Origin: Anolis carolinensis
Taxonomy: Eukaryota
NCBI RefSeq assembly: GCF_035594765.1
Contig: NC_085842.1
Location: 109,034,782 to 109,098,781 of the forward strand
DNA: 64,000 nucleotides
Direction: 5' to 3'
Position numbers and translations under genes: made by a program. How positions within the stretch are numbered: the first letter of the stretch is position 1; each line of letters begins with the position of its first letter. Of this stretch, positions 1 through 11,902 are shown piece by piece. The notes below the pieces were generated by a model that was not told where the DNA came from, ran no database searches, and was given only the letters and a program-made list of their open reading frames with translations.

Positions 1-212
1 AGGATGCTGTCACATTCCTAAAAGGTACTATTATTTTATCTCAGTTTTTATCACTGTTATTGAAATATACAAATACTTAATGCTGTTTTCAACTCTCAAC
101 CTCAACATTTCTTATTAACTCTGCTTTTAAAAATTGTATTGTAATGCCTAAACTTACGTTTACTGTTTGTTTTAATGCCTGCCATTGATCTATATAATAT
201 TTATATTATTGT

Positions 213-321
213 GTTGTTGAAGGCTTTCATGGGTGGTTGTGTGTTTTCTGGGCTGTTTGGCCATATTCCAGAAGCATTGCTTCTGGAACATGGCCATACA
301 GCCTGGAAAACACACAACAAC
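213..321. mobile_element. Penelope-like pseudo-LTR fragment, fold-back
   Basis: gttgttgaaggctttcatgg motif; arms 236-276 and 278-318 are inverted copies. Confidence 0.7.
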
Positions 322-443
322 TCATTTATATTATTTATTTCCTTAATTCCTTAATATTGTAAATCAAAAATGGTATCTGCTTGAATTCCTAACCTTTATT
401 TTGCATTTAGTACTTGAATTATGTGGATCATCATCTGGTAATT

Positions 444-579
444 CAATGGTTCTCAGCCTGTGGGTCCCCAGGTGTTTTGGCCTCCAACTCTCCGAAATCC
501 CAGCCAGTTTATCAGCTGTTAGGATTTTCTGGGAGTTGAAGGCCAAAACATCTGGGCACCCACAGGTTGAGAACCACTG
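444..579. mobile_element. Non-autonomous hAT-type MITE
   Basis: TIRs CAATGGTTCTCA...TGAGAACCACTG; same family as 34775-34909. Confidence 0.75.
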
Positions 580-945
580 CTCTATGGGATAGGTAGGTGT
601 CTTGATAGGTAGTTGAAACAACAACATCAAAAGTTATTACCTGTACTGCGAATTAAAAAAAAAGTTCAGATCATGTAAAGTACCTTGTAGTCCATCCTTG
701 TCTTAGGTCAATCAGTAACTTCTTAACTCTCATTGTTGCATTACTAAGCCATTTAAGTATCTCTGTTAACCTGTTTTCCACAGAAAACATGTGCTGCCTT
801 AAAGTTGCCTGTCGCCCTGTGGATTTCATATGGTTTTTCAATTTTAGTGATGAAAAGTTTCTGATAGTGATTGAATGCTTTTATATAAATTGTATTTTCA
901 CCCCCGAATTTACTGCAACATACCTCCTTTCTTTTATGTTTTCAG

Positions 946-1139
946 TTACTGGCAAAATTGAATTGAAGCAGACTCTTAAACAAGATCAGCAAAGCCAGGT
1001 CCAGAGTCTAAAGAGTGCAGTGAATGAGCTTAAAGCAGAGAAACTTCAACTCTGTAGCCGTTTGCAGCATCGACAGCAACTGGAAGACCAGACGGTGGAG
1101 CTGACAACTGAGGTGCAGTCAATGAACAGGGAAATCAAG
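946..1139 (+). CDS. RAD50: RAD50 coding exon (human exon 16 equivalent), coiled coil
   Basis: ttcag|...aag|gtgag; 194 nt; [35 protein letters not shown]...EIK; splices in frame to next exon. Confidence 0.95.
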
Positions 1140-1262
1140 GTGAGATGAAGAATTAATTAAAAATTGCCAAGTCATGGATAATACAATAATGTGCTTGTTT
1201 AAAGAAAAGAAACAACCTTGTAAAGTAAAATGAATACAGGATGGTTTTTATTTCATTTTCAG

Positions 1263-1373
1263 GAAGCAAAGGAGCAGATCTCCCCTTTGGAAACAACTTT
1301 AATAAAACTGCAACAAGAAAAAGAAGCACTGATGAACAAAAAGAACACAAGTTGCAGAGCAACACAGGAGAAG
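1263..1373 (+). CDS. RAD50: RAD50 coding exon (exon 17 equivalent)
   Basis: ttcag|GAAGCA...GAGAAG|gttag; 111 nt; [37 protein letters not shown]. Confidence 0.95.
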
Positions 1374-2052
1374 GTTAGATCGCCTGTCCTGAGTTGGTTA
1401 GCTAAAATTATATAGATGATTCTTGTAGGCATGAGTTACATACATTTCCCAGTTAAAGGTGTATCTTGTTATGGATTTTAGTGACTCCCAAAATCTGTAG
1501 ACAACAAGTGTTAGGTAGCTTGACTGTTTAGAAATTTGATATTCTTCTAGCTAGTGATCTGAGTGTATCTGGATGAGCAACAAAATAGCAAGTTGAAAAT
1601 AAACAAGCATAAAATAGGTGTGAATCTCCAGGTGATGTTGAATTGCAAATCTGAGGCCAGTAGCAAGCATCATAGTGATGAAGGATGCTGAGAGTTGCAA
1701 TCCTCCAGGAGTATGACATTCATTCCTGCCATAAAGTGAGGCTCCATGTCCAAAAAGCCCATACAGTGGTGAAATCTGAGGGGCAGCTTGAAGTTTTGGA
1801 TATAGTTCAGTGGAGATACTGATTCAGTGTACAGCAGCTATGAAAAAATTAATTCTGTGTAGAGATTATAAGAAAAGGGATAGAAAAAACCCCTGCCACT
1901 ACTTTAACACTCTATGTATCTGTGGCTAAGATGACCAGAAGGTAGATCCACGTGTAGATTTCCAAGTATTTCAGTCAAATCAGTAACAAAGTGAGTCCCT
2001 CCACCCTTTAAATTATCGCTTGAACCAGGAGGATTGTGAGTTCATTCAGTTC

Positions 2053-2290
2053 TTATTTATTTATTTATAAATTACATAACATAATTTGTTCAGAAATTAC
2101 ATAAATGAACAAGTATAAAATCGATAAAATAGAGGAAACACAAGCGGCTAAATAATTTTAGAACAAAAACTGGCAACAGCGACCGCATTGTCTGTAGCTT
2201 TAAACAGTTCTGAGGCAGAGCATTGTGGACAAGCATACAGATGCTGAGTTATATGTTCTGCTCCACAGTTGCACAAAGTGGAGGATTCTA
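2053..2290 (-). mobile_element. Vingi-like LINE 3' fragment
   Basis: C-terminal CCHC-type motif STLCNCGAEHITQHLYACPQC...ATDNAVAVASF, followed by (TAAA)n tail. Confidence 0.65.
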
Positions 2291-2712
2291 ATATTAAATG
2301 ATGATTTCTGAATTCAAAAGTGTGCCCTTTTTTGAACTGCTGTGCATTTACTGTGCAATCTTCTGCAGTTTGTATCTCTGTCATTTTCTGTCTTTGAGCA
2401 TATAAAATTCTTGCTGCTATTAACATATTGACAGTGCATGTTAAGTCCCTTTTATTTCTTATCACCAAGGTTGCCATACAGACCTTTGGCTGTCCATAGT
2501 AGCAAGAAACATAGGAGACCTGTTTTCAAGGGGGAACATTTTATTTCTTATACACAAAACAATTTAAGTGAAATTTAACCATGTTTTTAAAGGTTGCTGT
2601 ATTATTTAGTTAGGTGAAAAAATGTAATATTTTAAGTTTGCTTTGTTTAAACAGTGAGATGCTTTAAATATATTATATATTGTCAGCAAATTTTTCTTAT
2701 ATGTTTTCCCAG

Positions 2713-2805
2713 ATAAATGACATTAAAGAAAAGGTTAAAAACATCAACTGCTACGTAAAAGAGATTGAAAATTACATCCAAGAAGGAAAGGAAGAATACA
2801 AGCAG
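2713..2805 (+). CDS. RAD50: RAD50 coding exon (exon 18 equivalent)
   Basis: cccag|ATAAAT...AAGCAG|gtaat; 93 nt; [31 protein letters not shown]. Confidence 0.95.
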
Positions 2806-3079
2806 GTAATTGTAAAAAGAAACTAGACACTTTTTTAAGATTTTAATTTTAACTGAAAATCACCACAGACTCTAGGGTATCATAAAGATGAAGAAATGTC
2901 TTAGCACATAAGCTTTTGTCAATTACTCGTACCTTCTTCATCAGGTACAAGAAATGTTTCCCTGAAACTGGCAGACAGACAGTAGATAAGTTGGGAAGGA
3001 AGTGTGTGTTTTTTCCTACAGCAGACTAACATGACAATTTCTGCTTAAATAAAAATGTGCTTTTCTCCCCCTTTCATAG

Positions 3080-3193
3080 CAAAAGGAATCTGAACTTGAT
3101 CAAGTCAAGGTCCAGCTAGAAGAATGTGAGAAAAAGAAAGAGAAGATAAATAAAGAAACTGGAACAATTAGGCAAGACATTGATACTCAGAAG
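3080..3193 (+). CDS. RAD50: RAD50 coding exon (exon 19 equivalent)
   Basis: catag|CAAAAG...CAGAAG|gtagt; 114 nt; [38 protein letters not shown]. Confidence 0.95.
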
Positions 3194-3261
3194 GTAGTTT
3201 TTAATCATCATTCCCAAATAATTCCACACATTATGGATGGATGACTTCAATGTTTATTAAT

Positions 3262-3900
3262 AACCAGCTTTGCCCGGCCACATGTTGCTGTAGCTTATGG
3301 GAATCATTTGTTGGCCAGGTGGAATAGCAGTGAATAGCCTTGCAGCCTCAAAGCCTGGCCATTTTCTGGAGTAGCTGGAGTAGCACCCTCAATCAAAGAG
3401 CCACTTTGAAGCCTGGCTACTTCCTTTGTAGGGGAATCATTGTTTGGCCAGATTGAATTGCACTGAATAGTCTTGCAGCTTAAAAGCTTGGCTGCTTTCC
3501 ACATAGGGCCTCCTTGCTAGGCCAGGTTAAATGGGATGGAGTAGCCTTGTGGCTTCAAAGCCTGGGGATTTTTCACCTAGGGGAAATCTTGGTTGGTCAG
3601 TTTGAAAAGCACTGAATAGCCTTGCTGCTTGCAAGCCTGGCCGCTTTCTACCTTGCGGAATCCTTGGTTGGCCAGTTTGAATAGCAATTAATAGTCTCGG
3701 TATGGCAGGTATGAATGCTGCAATTAGACACCTTGATTAGCATGTAATGGCCTTGCAGCTTCAAAGCCTGCCTGCTTCCTGCCTGGGTGAATCCTTTGTT
3801 GGGAAGTGTTAATTTGGTTCAGTGGTTTTGTTGTTTACTCCATAGTAAAACAAACATTACACACACACACACATATACATATACATATATATGTATATGT
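3262..3900. mobile_element. Non-autonomous Helitron/Helentron-like element with internal ~75-bp tandem repeats
   Basis: Start accagctttgcccggccac..gttgctgt; 5-6 diverged gggaatc..ggccag..gaatagc units; ends in (CA/TA)n. Confidence 0.5.
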
Positions 3901-5152
3901 ATATTCATTCCTCAGTTCCCCTTTCTTGGGGATTGGAATGTATACCAAACACATCCAATCTGTGGACTCTTGTTTTGTTTTCCATGACAGATTTTAGTTA
4001 CAATGTCAGTAATTCTATTTGAAGCTGCTCTGTTGATATGCTTTATTTCTCCCAAGTGTCCTGAGTGCATATTCCACTTCACTTTCTTTCTAAAATTGGA
4101 GATTCATCTTCATATGATTCTTCCTTAAATGAGTCACTCATCCTTTCATCATTTCTATTTGGGCATGTAATGTCTTCCCCTGCTGGTCATCAAACCTCCT
4201 CATTCTTGATTTAAATTTCCCTTTCATTTCTCAGATCTTCTTAAAGAGGTTTCTTGTCCTTCCTTTTTGTTATCTCTTATTTATTTAAATTGATTATTAC
4301 AATAGTTCTCCTGGTCTCTATGCCACTGAACATTTGCATTCGGGTCTCTGACTGTATATCTTTTACTTTCGTTTCTCATCTGTCTTTTTTATTATTATTA
4401 TTATTATTAAACTTTATTTGTACCCCGCTAGCATCTCCCGAAGGACTCGATGAGGCTTACAAAGGCCAAGGCCTCAACACACAATATAACAATACAAAAC
4501 AAAAGGCAAATTAAAACAGAATTCTCAAGTGGTTACTCCTTGATGGTTGCAACTTGGTTCCTTCTCCAAACTTAGGAAGCCTTCTGTGTTTTACTTAGTG
4601 TTGTGTCTATACTGTCATTAGTAGATTGTTGCTGTCTTAAGAAGCTTAAAAACTATAAGACATGGTTTCCTCATGATATATTTGTTCTTAGATTATGAAT
4701 CTTACTAGAAATGGAATAAGATGGGGTGGCAGTTCAGAGATAATGCTAAATGAACAATGGAAAGCGATGTCCCAGTTTCTTTAATTATTCCTGCTGATAA
4801 GAAGAGCCAAAGCGTGTGGCACCCTGAATGTGCTCTTATCTAATCATTCTGATTGATCTTTACATCCAATCCAGATCATTCTCTGCATTGGTTTTTCTCA
4901 AATTTCCTTTTAAATGGTTTATGTATCTGCCCAGTGGTAAGCTCTGTTTAATCGAATAAGGTAAGTGGGTGTGAGATATTACCCTTAACAGTATAAAAAT
5001 ACTGATTAAGATATTAGCATACAACTTGAGCATATGATGAAACTCTTCTAGGTTTTGTGTTGTTACATTTTTAATTAAAACCCATGCTTTATTCTTATTA
5101 GTGATACAAAATAATGGAAAATAATTTAATAATATATTTTATTTAAATTTAG

Positions 5153-5280
5153 ATTCAGGAGCGGTGGTTAGAAGATAATCTAACTTTAAGAAAAAGAAAT
5201 GAAGATCTAAAAGAAGTTGAAGACAACATCAAGCAGTATCGGAAAGAGATGGGTGAAATGCATGTCCCGCAGCTAAAAAA
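5153..5280 (+). CDS. RAD50: RAD50 coding exon (exon 20 equivalent)
   Basis: tttag|ATTCAG...AAAAAA|gtata; 128 nt; [36 protein letters not shown]. Confidence 0.95.
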
Positions 5281-6357
5281 GTATATTCTTATCTTCTTTT
5301 TTAAACAAATCGGTTTCTTGAGTTCAAGGCACAGGTCTCAGCTTATTTGCATATTTTCTATATCCCTTGCTTCTTCGTGTTGGTTGCCCTCGAAAGCTGA
5401 TATTCAGGGATGTGCTTCCTTTGGTGTTGAATTGCCCCCTCCTCATGTGTTATGGCCGATGACCATTGATAGGCCAGTACTCCAGGGCTTGCCTAACATT
5501 TTCAAAGCCAGTATCTGCCACTTTCCCATCTTGTTTATATTTTGATGTCATAGGATCCCAAATTCCGCAACTGTAATAATGAAGCCATAATAAATAATGA
5601 AGATCCTGGCAGAGTGGTGATAAATTCTGTGCATTCATGACTATATTTTTACTTCTCATTAAAGACCTTGTATTTCCACAATGTTTGCTTTTCAGAAGTA
5701 AAGAACAGTCATTCAGACTGTTTATATCACTGGAGTTTATATCATTGCCTTTTATATACATGATAGAAATTGCACAAGTTCATTAAATAATTTCTCAGTT
5801 TTACTCCACATCCCGTTTAACAGTATTCCCCTTATTTATTTTCACATTTTAGTTGATCAGGCATTTACTTCTATGTTGAGAATGGAAAGTAACCCACTGC
5901 TTCCTTAGTATCTTAAATGTTTGTTTAAATGAAGGATGGTGAAAAGTATTGTCATTCAAGGTCGATTTTGAGGTTACTGTTCCCCACTTAACTTTGTAGT
6001 TTACTATCTGATTAAATAATTGCCCCTCTTGGGCATAAAACAGACTGGAAAAACTGCCTCGATGCTTCCTGGGGCAAATGCGGATGTATTCATACTTAAA
6101 ATACACTAAAGGAAGCAAGTTTTAAATTTTTTAAATAATATTAGGATCAGGGATATAGATGGTAGGATCCACTGAAGTATTGCAAGGGGCTTTGCTTTTT
6201 CCTAACCTCTAGAGATAGCCCATCTCTGGTTTTACAACATTAACAACAACAATTGTGCTGTTGTTTCTTCTCTTGTTTCCTTAAAAATACTTTTGATTCA
6301 TAAATATGAGTATCATACAAAATATCACAAAATTACACATTGATTTTTATTTGACAG

Positions 6358-6582
6358 GGACCGTGAGCATTTAGAGGGGAGAATAGAAGAACTGAAAAGA
6401 AATCATAGCTTAGCCCTTGGCCGTCAGCATGGATTTGAGGAAGAGATTCTTAGGTATAAAAAAGAGCTGAGAGATCCACAGTTTAAAGATGCTGAAGAGA
6501 AATACAGAGAAATGATGATAGTTATGAGAACAACAGAACTGGCAAACAAGGATCTTGACATTTACTACAAAGCTCTAGATCA
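6358..6582 (+). CDS. RAD50: RAD50 coding exon (exon 21 equivalent)
   Basis: gacag|GGACCG...GATCA|gtgag; 225 nt; ...[31 protein letters not shown]. Confidence 0.96.
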
Positions 6583-8522
6583 GTGAGTATGCTATTGTGT
6601 CATTGGAATAGTTTGCAGTAAGTAATCTTTCAATTCCAAAATAACTTCAAAATGTTTGCTTACCCCATCAGTTATATAGTTATGAGTACATGTTTCAGAG
6701 AGCTGTGACTAACTGTTGGGTGAATTTTTTTTACATTTTCTATCAGTCACTGAGACAGCACATATCAGTTTGGTTTTTTGAAACTTTTGCTTTGTCCTCC
6801 AAAACACAAGTAACTGAAGGAAAGAAATGTGTTCTTTAGGTGGCCGATAACCACTTGACTCTGGGTTGGCCATTCCCAGCACCCTCTTGTGCTCAGATCA
6901 GATTAGGGACAAATTGCACATTTGTACAACTATCATTCAAGTACTTTGAGCTCCAAATAGAGTCTGTTTGGTAACTATTGATCCTTCTTCTCTCATATTG
7001 CCTAAAGGGAAACTTTAAGTTTTTGCTAGCTGACTTGACTTGACTTGAAACAAGAACCAGAGAACTCAGGCCTAGCTTCTTGCTTGTACACTACGTTGCC
7101 TGAACTAACTTAGGTAAACAACCTGCTAATTAATAAACACTCATGAAGTCATTTCTTTTCCCACAAATTCTCTCTTCAACTTTCCCACATTCTGACTGGA
7201 GCTGCCTATTTTCTGCTCTAATCTGTAAACAAATCCTTTTGTTAACCTCTGTAGCTCCAGGTGGTTTTCCTTGGGAGCCTTCCATATATATCACTTAGCT
7301 CTTCGCCCAACTCCTTATCTAATGTTGTAATTTCTGGCTCCTCTAACTGACCTTGAGGCCTTGCACATCCTGAGTCACGTTTTTCCTAGAGAGAACTATC
7401 ATTTCTCTCACTTGAATCTTCCTCATTTTGTGCCCCAGGAAATCTCACAGGAAATCCCACAATTCTCTAAACTATCAGTGAACCCGTCAGCCTCAGGCTG
7501 TACTACAACAGCTGCAATTAGAAAGAGTAGAAAAGGTTGATGCTTCTTTTAAGTTCTCCCAGAATGGACTAAGTTCCCACCTGTCACCACCTGTCTCTGT
7601 CCACAGAGAAGGGGGTGGCTCTTGTTTTGCTAAGTAGTAACATAGATAAGTTCTTGGGGGTCAGTTTTTTGACTAAAATTCTAGACATGTGTATATACAG
7701 TAGATTCCAAAAACAGTCAGCATGGAAAGAGGTAACTGTTATGTTGCAAGGAAATGTTACATTAGTCTCTTTTTTATTTTCCTTTCTCAAAGAAAGCATA
7801 TTTTGTTGCCTCAGGGTTTCTTTTTTCCAACTATGATAACAGCGGCCTCTTTTTCTCTTCATATCCTTTCTCTGCTCTTATCTGATGCACCTAAGTATGT
7901 ATCTCTGTTCACCAGCAGAAATAACCATGACTCAACATTAAGGATGTTTGATATTATCTGATGGAGAGCTGCTTTGTAAATCTTTATTATAGCGGAAGCT
8001 ATGACTAAATATAACTAATAAGGATAATGAAAGCAATATTTGGGGTGTTGTGTGGTTTCCAGGCATCTTTAGAGATCCTCTGAAGACACCAGCCACAGAT
8101 GCAGGCAAAATGTCAAATGCTGCTAGAACATGGCCATACAGCCGGAAACCACACAACACCCCAGTGATTCCAGCCATGAAAGACTTCGACAGTACAAAGC
8201 AATATTTCTTGGTATAGTGGAGACTAAAGGTGTTCCATGCAAAGTTACCATATTTTGTTATCTCTGCCATTTTTACCTACGGTATCACTGCAACAGATGC
8301 AGCGTCCAGAGGAAGCTCCAAGGGTCCAGATGTTTTCTGGCAATATGTGTACGCAGTCTCATTAAGGTGTTAAAAACTAATTGAAGCTCCCCTTTCAAGA
8401 ATCTCATTATTGACTTTTTAATAGCAGTCAAAACATTAAAGTTCTGGATTTGTGTTACTGTAATTTGTGATGTACATAAATTCAAAGATTTTCTTGGACT
8501 ACGATTTGTATGTTACACATAC

Positions 8523-9983
8523 TGTCACGATACAGACACCTCTTAAAGAGCCACACACAATAAGTAAAGTTAGCAAATGTTTATTAAATGATAAATTGAA
8601 CTCAGAAACACTTAACTTCAGTGTTTCCACCAAAAGTAAACATCTTTGCTTCAAGAAAAGGCACAAAACAGGAACAGAAAGATAACCCGGATTATCTAGC
8701 TTGATAATCCGGTTCAAAAGTAACCAAAACGTTCACTGAAACAAGCGCCACGCTATGCTGTGGCACAGAGAGTCAGGGAAGCGCCAAACGCTCTTAAGTA
8801 ATGAGTGCAAACGATACCATTGTCAAAAGCCAAGCCAAATTGAAAAGCCAAAGGGGAGTCAGAAACGCCAAGCCGGGAGCAAACACTGTTGTCGTAAGGA
8901 AGCAGACCGGATTCAGAAGCCAAAGGGGAGCCAGAAACGCCAAGCTGGGAGCAAACACTGTCATCGTAAGGAAGCAGACCGGATTCAGAAGCCAGTGGAA
9001 GCCAGAAACGCCAAACCAGAAACGCCAAGTTGGAATCGCCAAGCCAGGAGCAAAACGCTGTCGTCAGGAGCCAAACTGGATTCAGGAGTCAGGAACGCCA
9101 AGCCAGGAACACCAAAGCAGGAACGAATGCTGTCGTCAGGAGCCAAACTGGATTCAGGAGCCAAGAACGCCAAGCCAGGGACGCCAAAGCAGGAACGAAC
9201 GCTGTCGTCAGGAGCCAAACTGGATTCAGGAGCCAGGAACGCCAAGCCAGAAATGCCAAGTCAGGAACGCCAAAGCAGGAATCAATTCGGATTCAGAACA
9301 CGAAGCTGTACAGCCAGGACCCAAGGAGAACAGGCAGTGACAAAGCAATGTCCCAAAAACAACACCTTGCCTTTTGCAAGGGACCTTCACTTTCAATTCC
9401 ACTTTTAACTTACACTTCGGAGTCTGATGATGATGAGGCCTCCGCCCTGTCATCATTATCCACAGCTGATCTTGATCTCATATGTGAACCTCGCCCACCA
9501 GCCCTCCAATCACTCCATCTTTGTTCAAGACTTAGATCTCCCCATGTCTCTGGTGTACCAGTAGCATGCCCGTCTCCCGATGCATCCTCAGAAACTGGTG
9601 CTGCACACACATTTACTTGAGTCCAACCTGCAGCTTCTTCCATCCCACTCTCAGACCCATCATCCCCAGAAAAACCTTCAAACGTTTCATCTTCCGTGGG
9701 AGCAGTAAGTATATCACGAATCTTCTTTCTTTCCCTTTCCTTATCTCTTTGCTCCCGAGTTGACCTCTTAGTTCCTCTACTTTCTGTTAACCCATCATCT
9801 TCCTCCATTGAGTCCTCACTAGAGAAGCCTTCAAACGTCTCCTCATCAGTAGGAGCCATAAGTATTTCCCGAATCCGCTTTACTTGCTGTTCCTCATCAA
9901 ACACCTACTCAACATTATCCCTTTTCCTCCTCCTAGCAATTTTACCAGTAGTATCAGAACTGCCCCTTGGCGCAACTACAACA
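8523..9983 (-). mobile_element. Solo LTR (1461 bp) in RAD50 intron 21
   Basis: TGT...ACA termini, 5-bp TSD CATAC (8518-8522 / 9984-9988), minus-strand AATAAA near 8580, internal 72-bp tandem repeats, acidic ORF 9410-9904. Confidence 0.85.
8847..9260. repeat. Two 72-bp-period tandem repeat arrays inside the LTR
   Basis: gccaaagggg at 8847/8919; ctgtcgtcagg at 9058/9130/9202. Confidence 0.85.
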
Positions 9984-10849
9984 CATACAGTGATGAAATC
10001 CCATGCTGAAATGTTATGACAAAGCATCTGGCTTTACAAGACAGCATACATCACAAATAAGGTTTATTAGGCTTGGATTCTGTTTTCGTGGGAACAGGAT
10101 TCACCTCTTAAACATAATGGTCCATATGAACATTGAACTGCAGCAGGAAAGGGGTAAACTTGGATTCGTGAAGGAAGGCATTACCACCTCCATTCCCAGG
10201 CTACCCTGAGTTAGGATTGAGAAGCCGGCCATGCATGTGTCAGGGGCTCACAGCAGTTGTCTGTTTTACCTGTCCCATTGTTTTCCCTGTGGGAGAAGAT
10301 AGAAATGGGGCAGAATCACCTAAACTAAGCACTCACTGCAGGGTGGGGCTGTACCTGACTCTGTAGATTAGAGAAATCAGGGGCCTGGGCATGCAGCTTG
10401 GCATCAGCTAGTTACCCTCCTATATGATGTTCCCCTTCTCTGTAAGCGCATCTAAATCTGCATTTCCAGTATGAAATTAAATTCTGTGTTTCTGATTTTA
10501 TAAAGTATAAAACTTGGCGTATTGCCTGCACCAAATAAGTTTTTAAAACTTGTTATATTTATAGTTATGCTTTAGTACTCATACATGTTCTTTTACATTT
10601 TATAGTTTATACTCTTAATTTAATTCCTTTAAAATACTCCAGTATTTCTGGTGTAATTTCTATTTTATTGTTTAAGGATAATGCTTCTGACATGTTTAAC
10701 CAAATGTTGTTAATGAAAAAGACTGTTATTATCTTGTTCATTTGGTTTGGTTTTTGTGTCTATGGTTTGGTCTGTTCTACAAAGCAATCTAGCTAAATGG
10801 CTATAGGGCCCAGGCCAGTGAAGTATGAAAAACACTTGCAACCCTTTAA

Positions 10850-11272
<423 letters not shown>

Positions 11273-11680
11273 TGAAATTCTGAGAAAGTATTCTTATAGT
11301 TGTTTCTGTTTTCTAAGAGTCTCAGCCCAAGATCTGTATGGTCTATTTGTTCTAGAGAATATCTGGACAATACTTTGTGGAATTTTAGAGAAGCAAAGAA
11401 GGATCAGGTTTCCTGTGGTTATGCCTTCCTTAGCTCTTTTCTCATCCTGTTGTCTAGGAGCAAATAAATTATATGTACTGTACATCCAAATGTAGTTTTG
11501 TAAAAAGAAATTCTCCAATTTTTATCACAATATATATGTTTATCTGGAAACTCATGGGTAGCATAGTTTTATTGGCCAATCACTCAAGAAAGGAAGTTTG
11601 GGTCTAGGATAAAGAAGGATGAAATGATATATTGTGTTCAGATTGTTTTAAGGTTAGCAAGCTGCCATTTTGGCAACTAA

Positions 11681-11902
<222 letters not shown>

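Noticed and set aside
8847-9260. CRISPR-like repeat array
   Set aside because: Eukaryotic DNA; units are contiguous with no unique spacers
8755-9620. Long overlapping plus-strand ORFs (217, 179, 196 aa)
   Set aside because: Products of 72-bp tandem repeats in an LTR, open in several frames; no protein family signal
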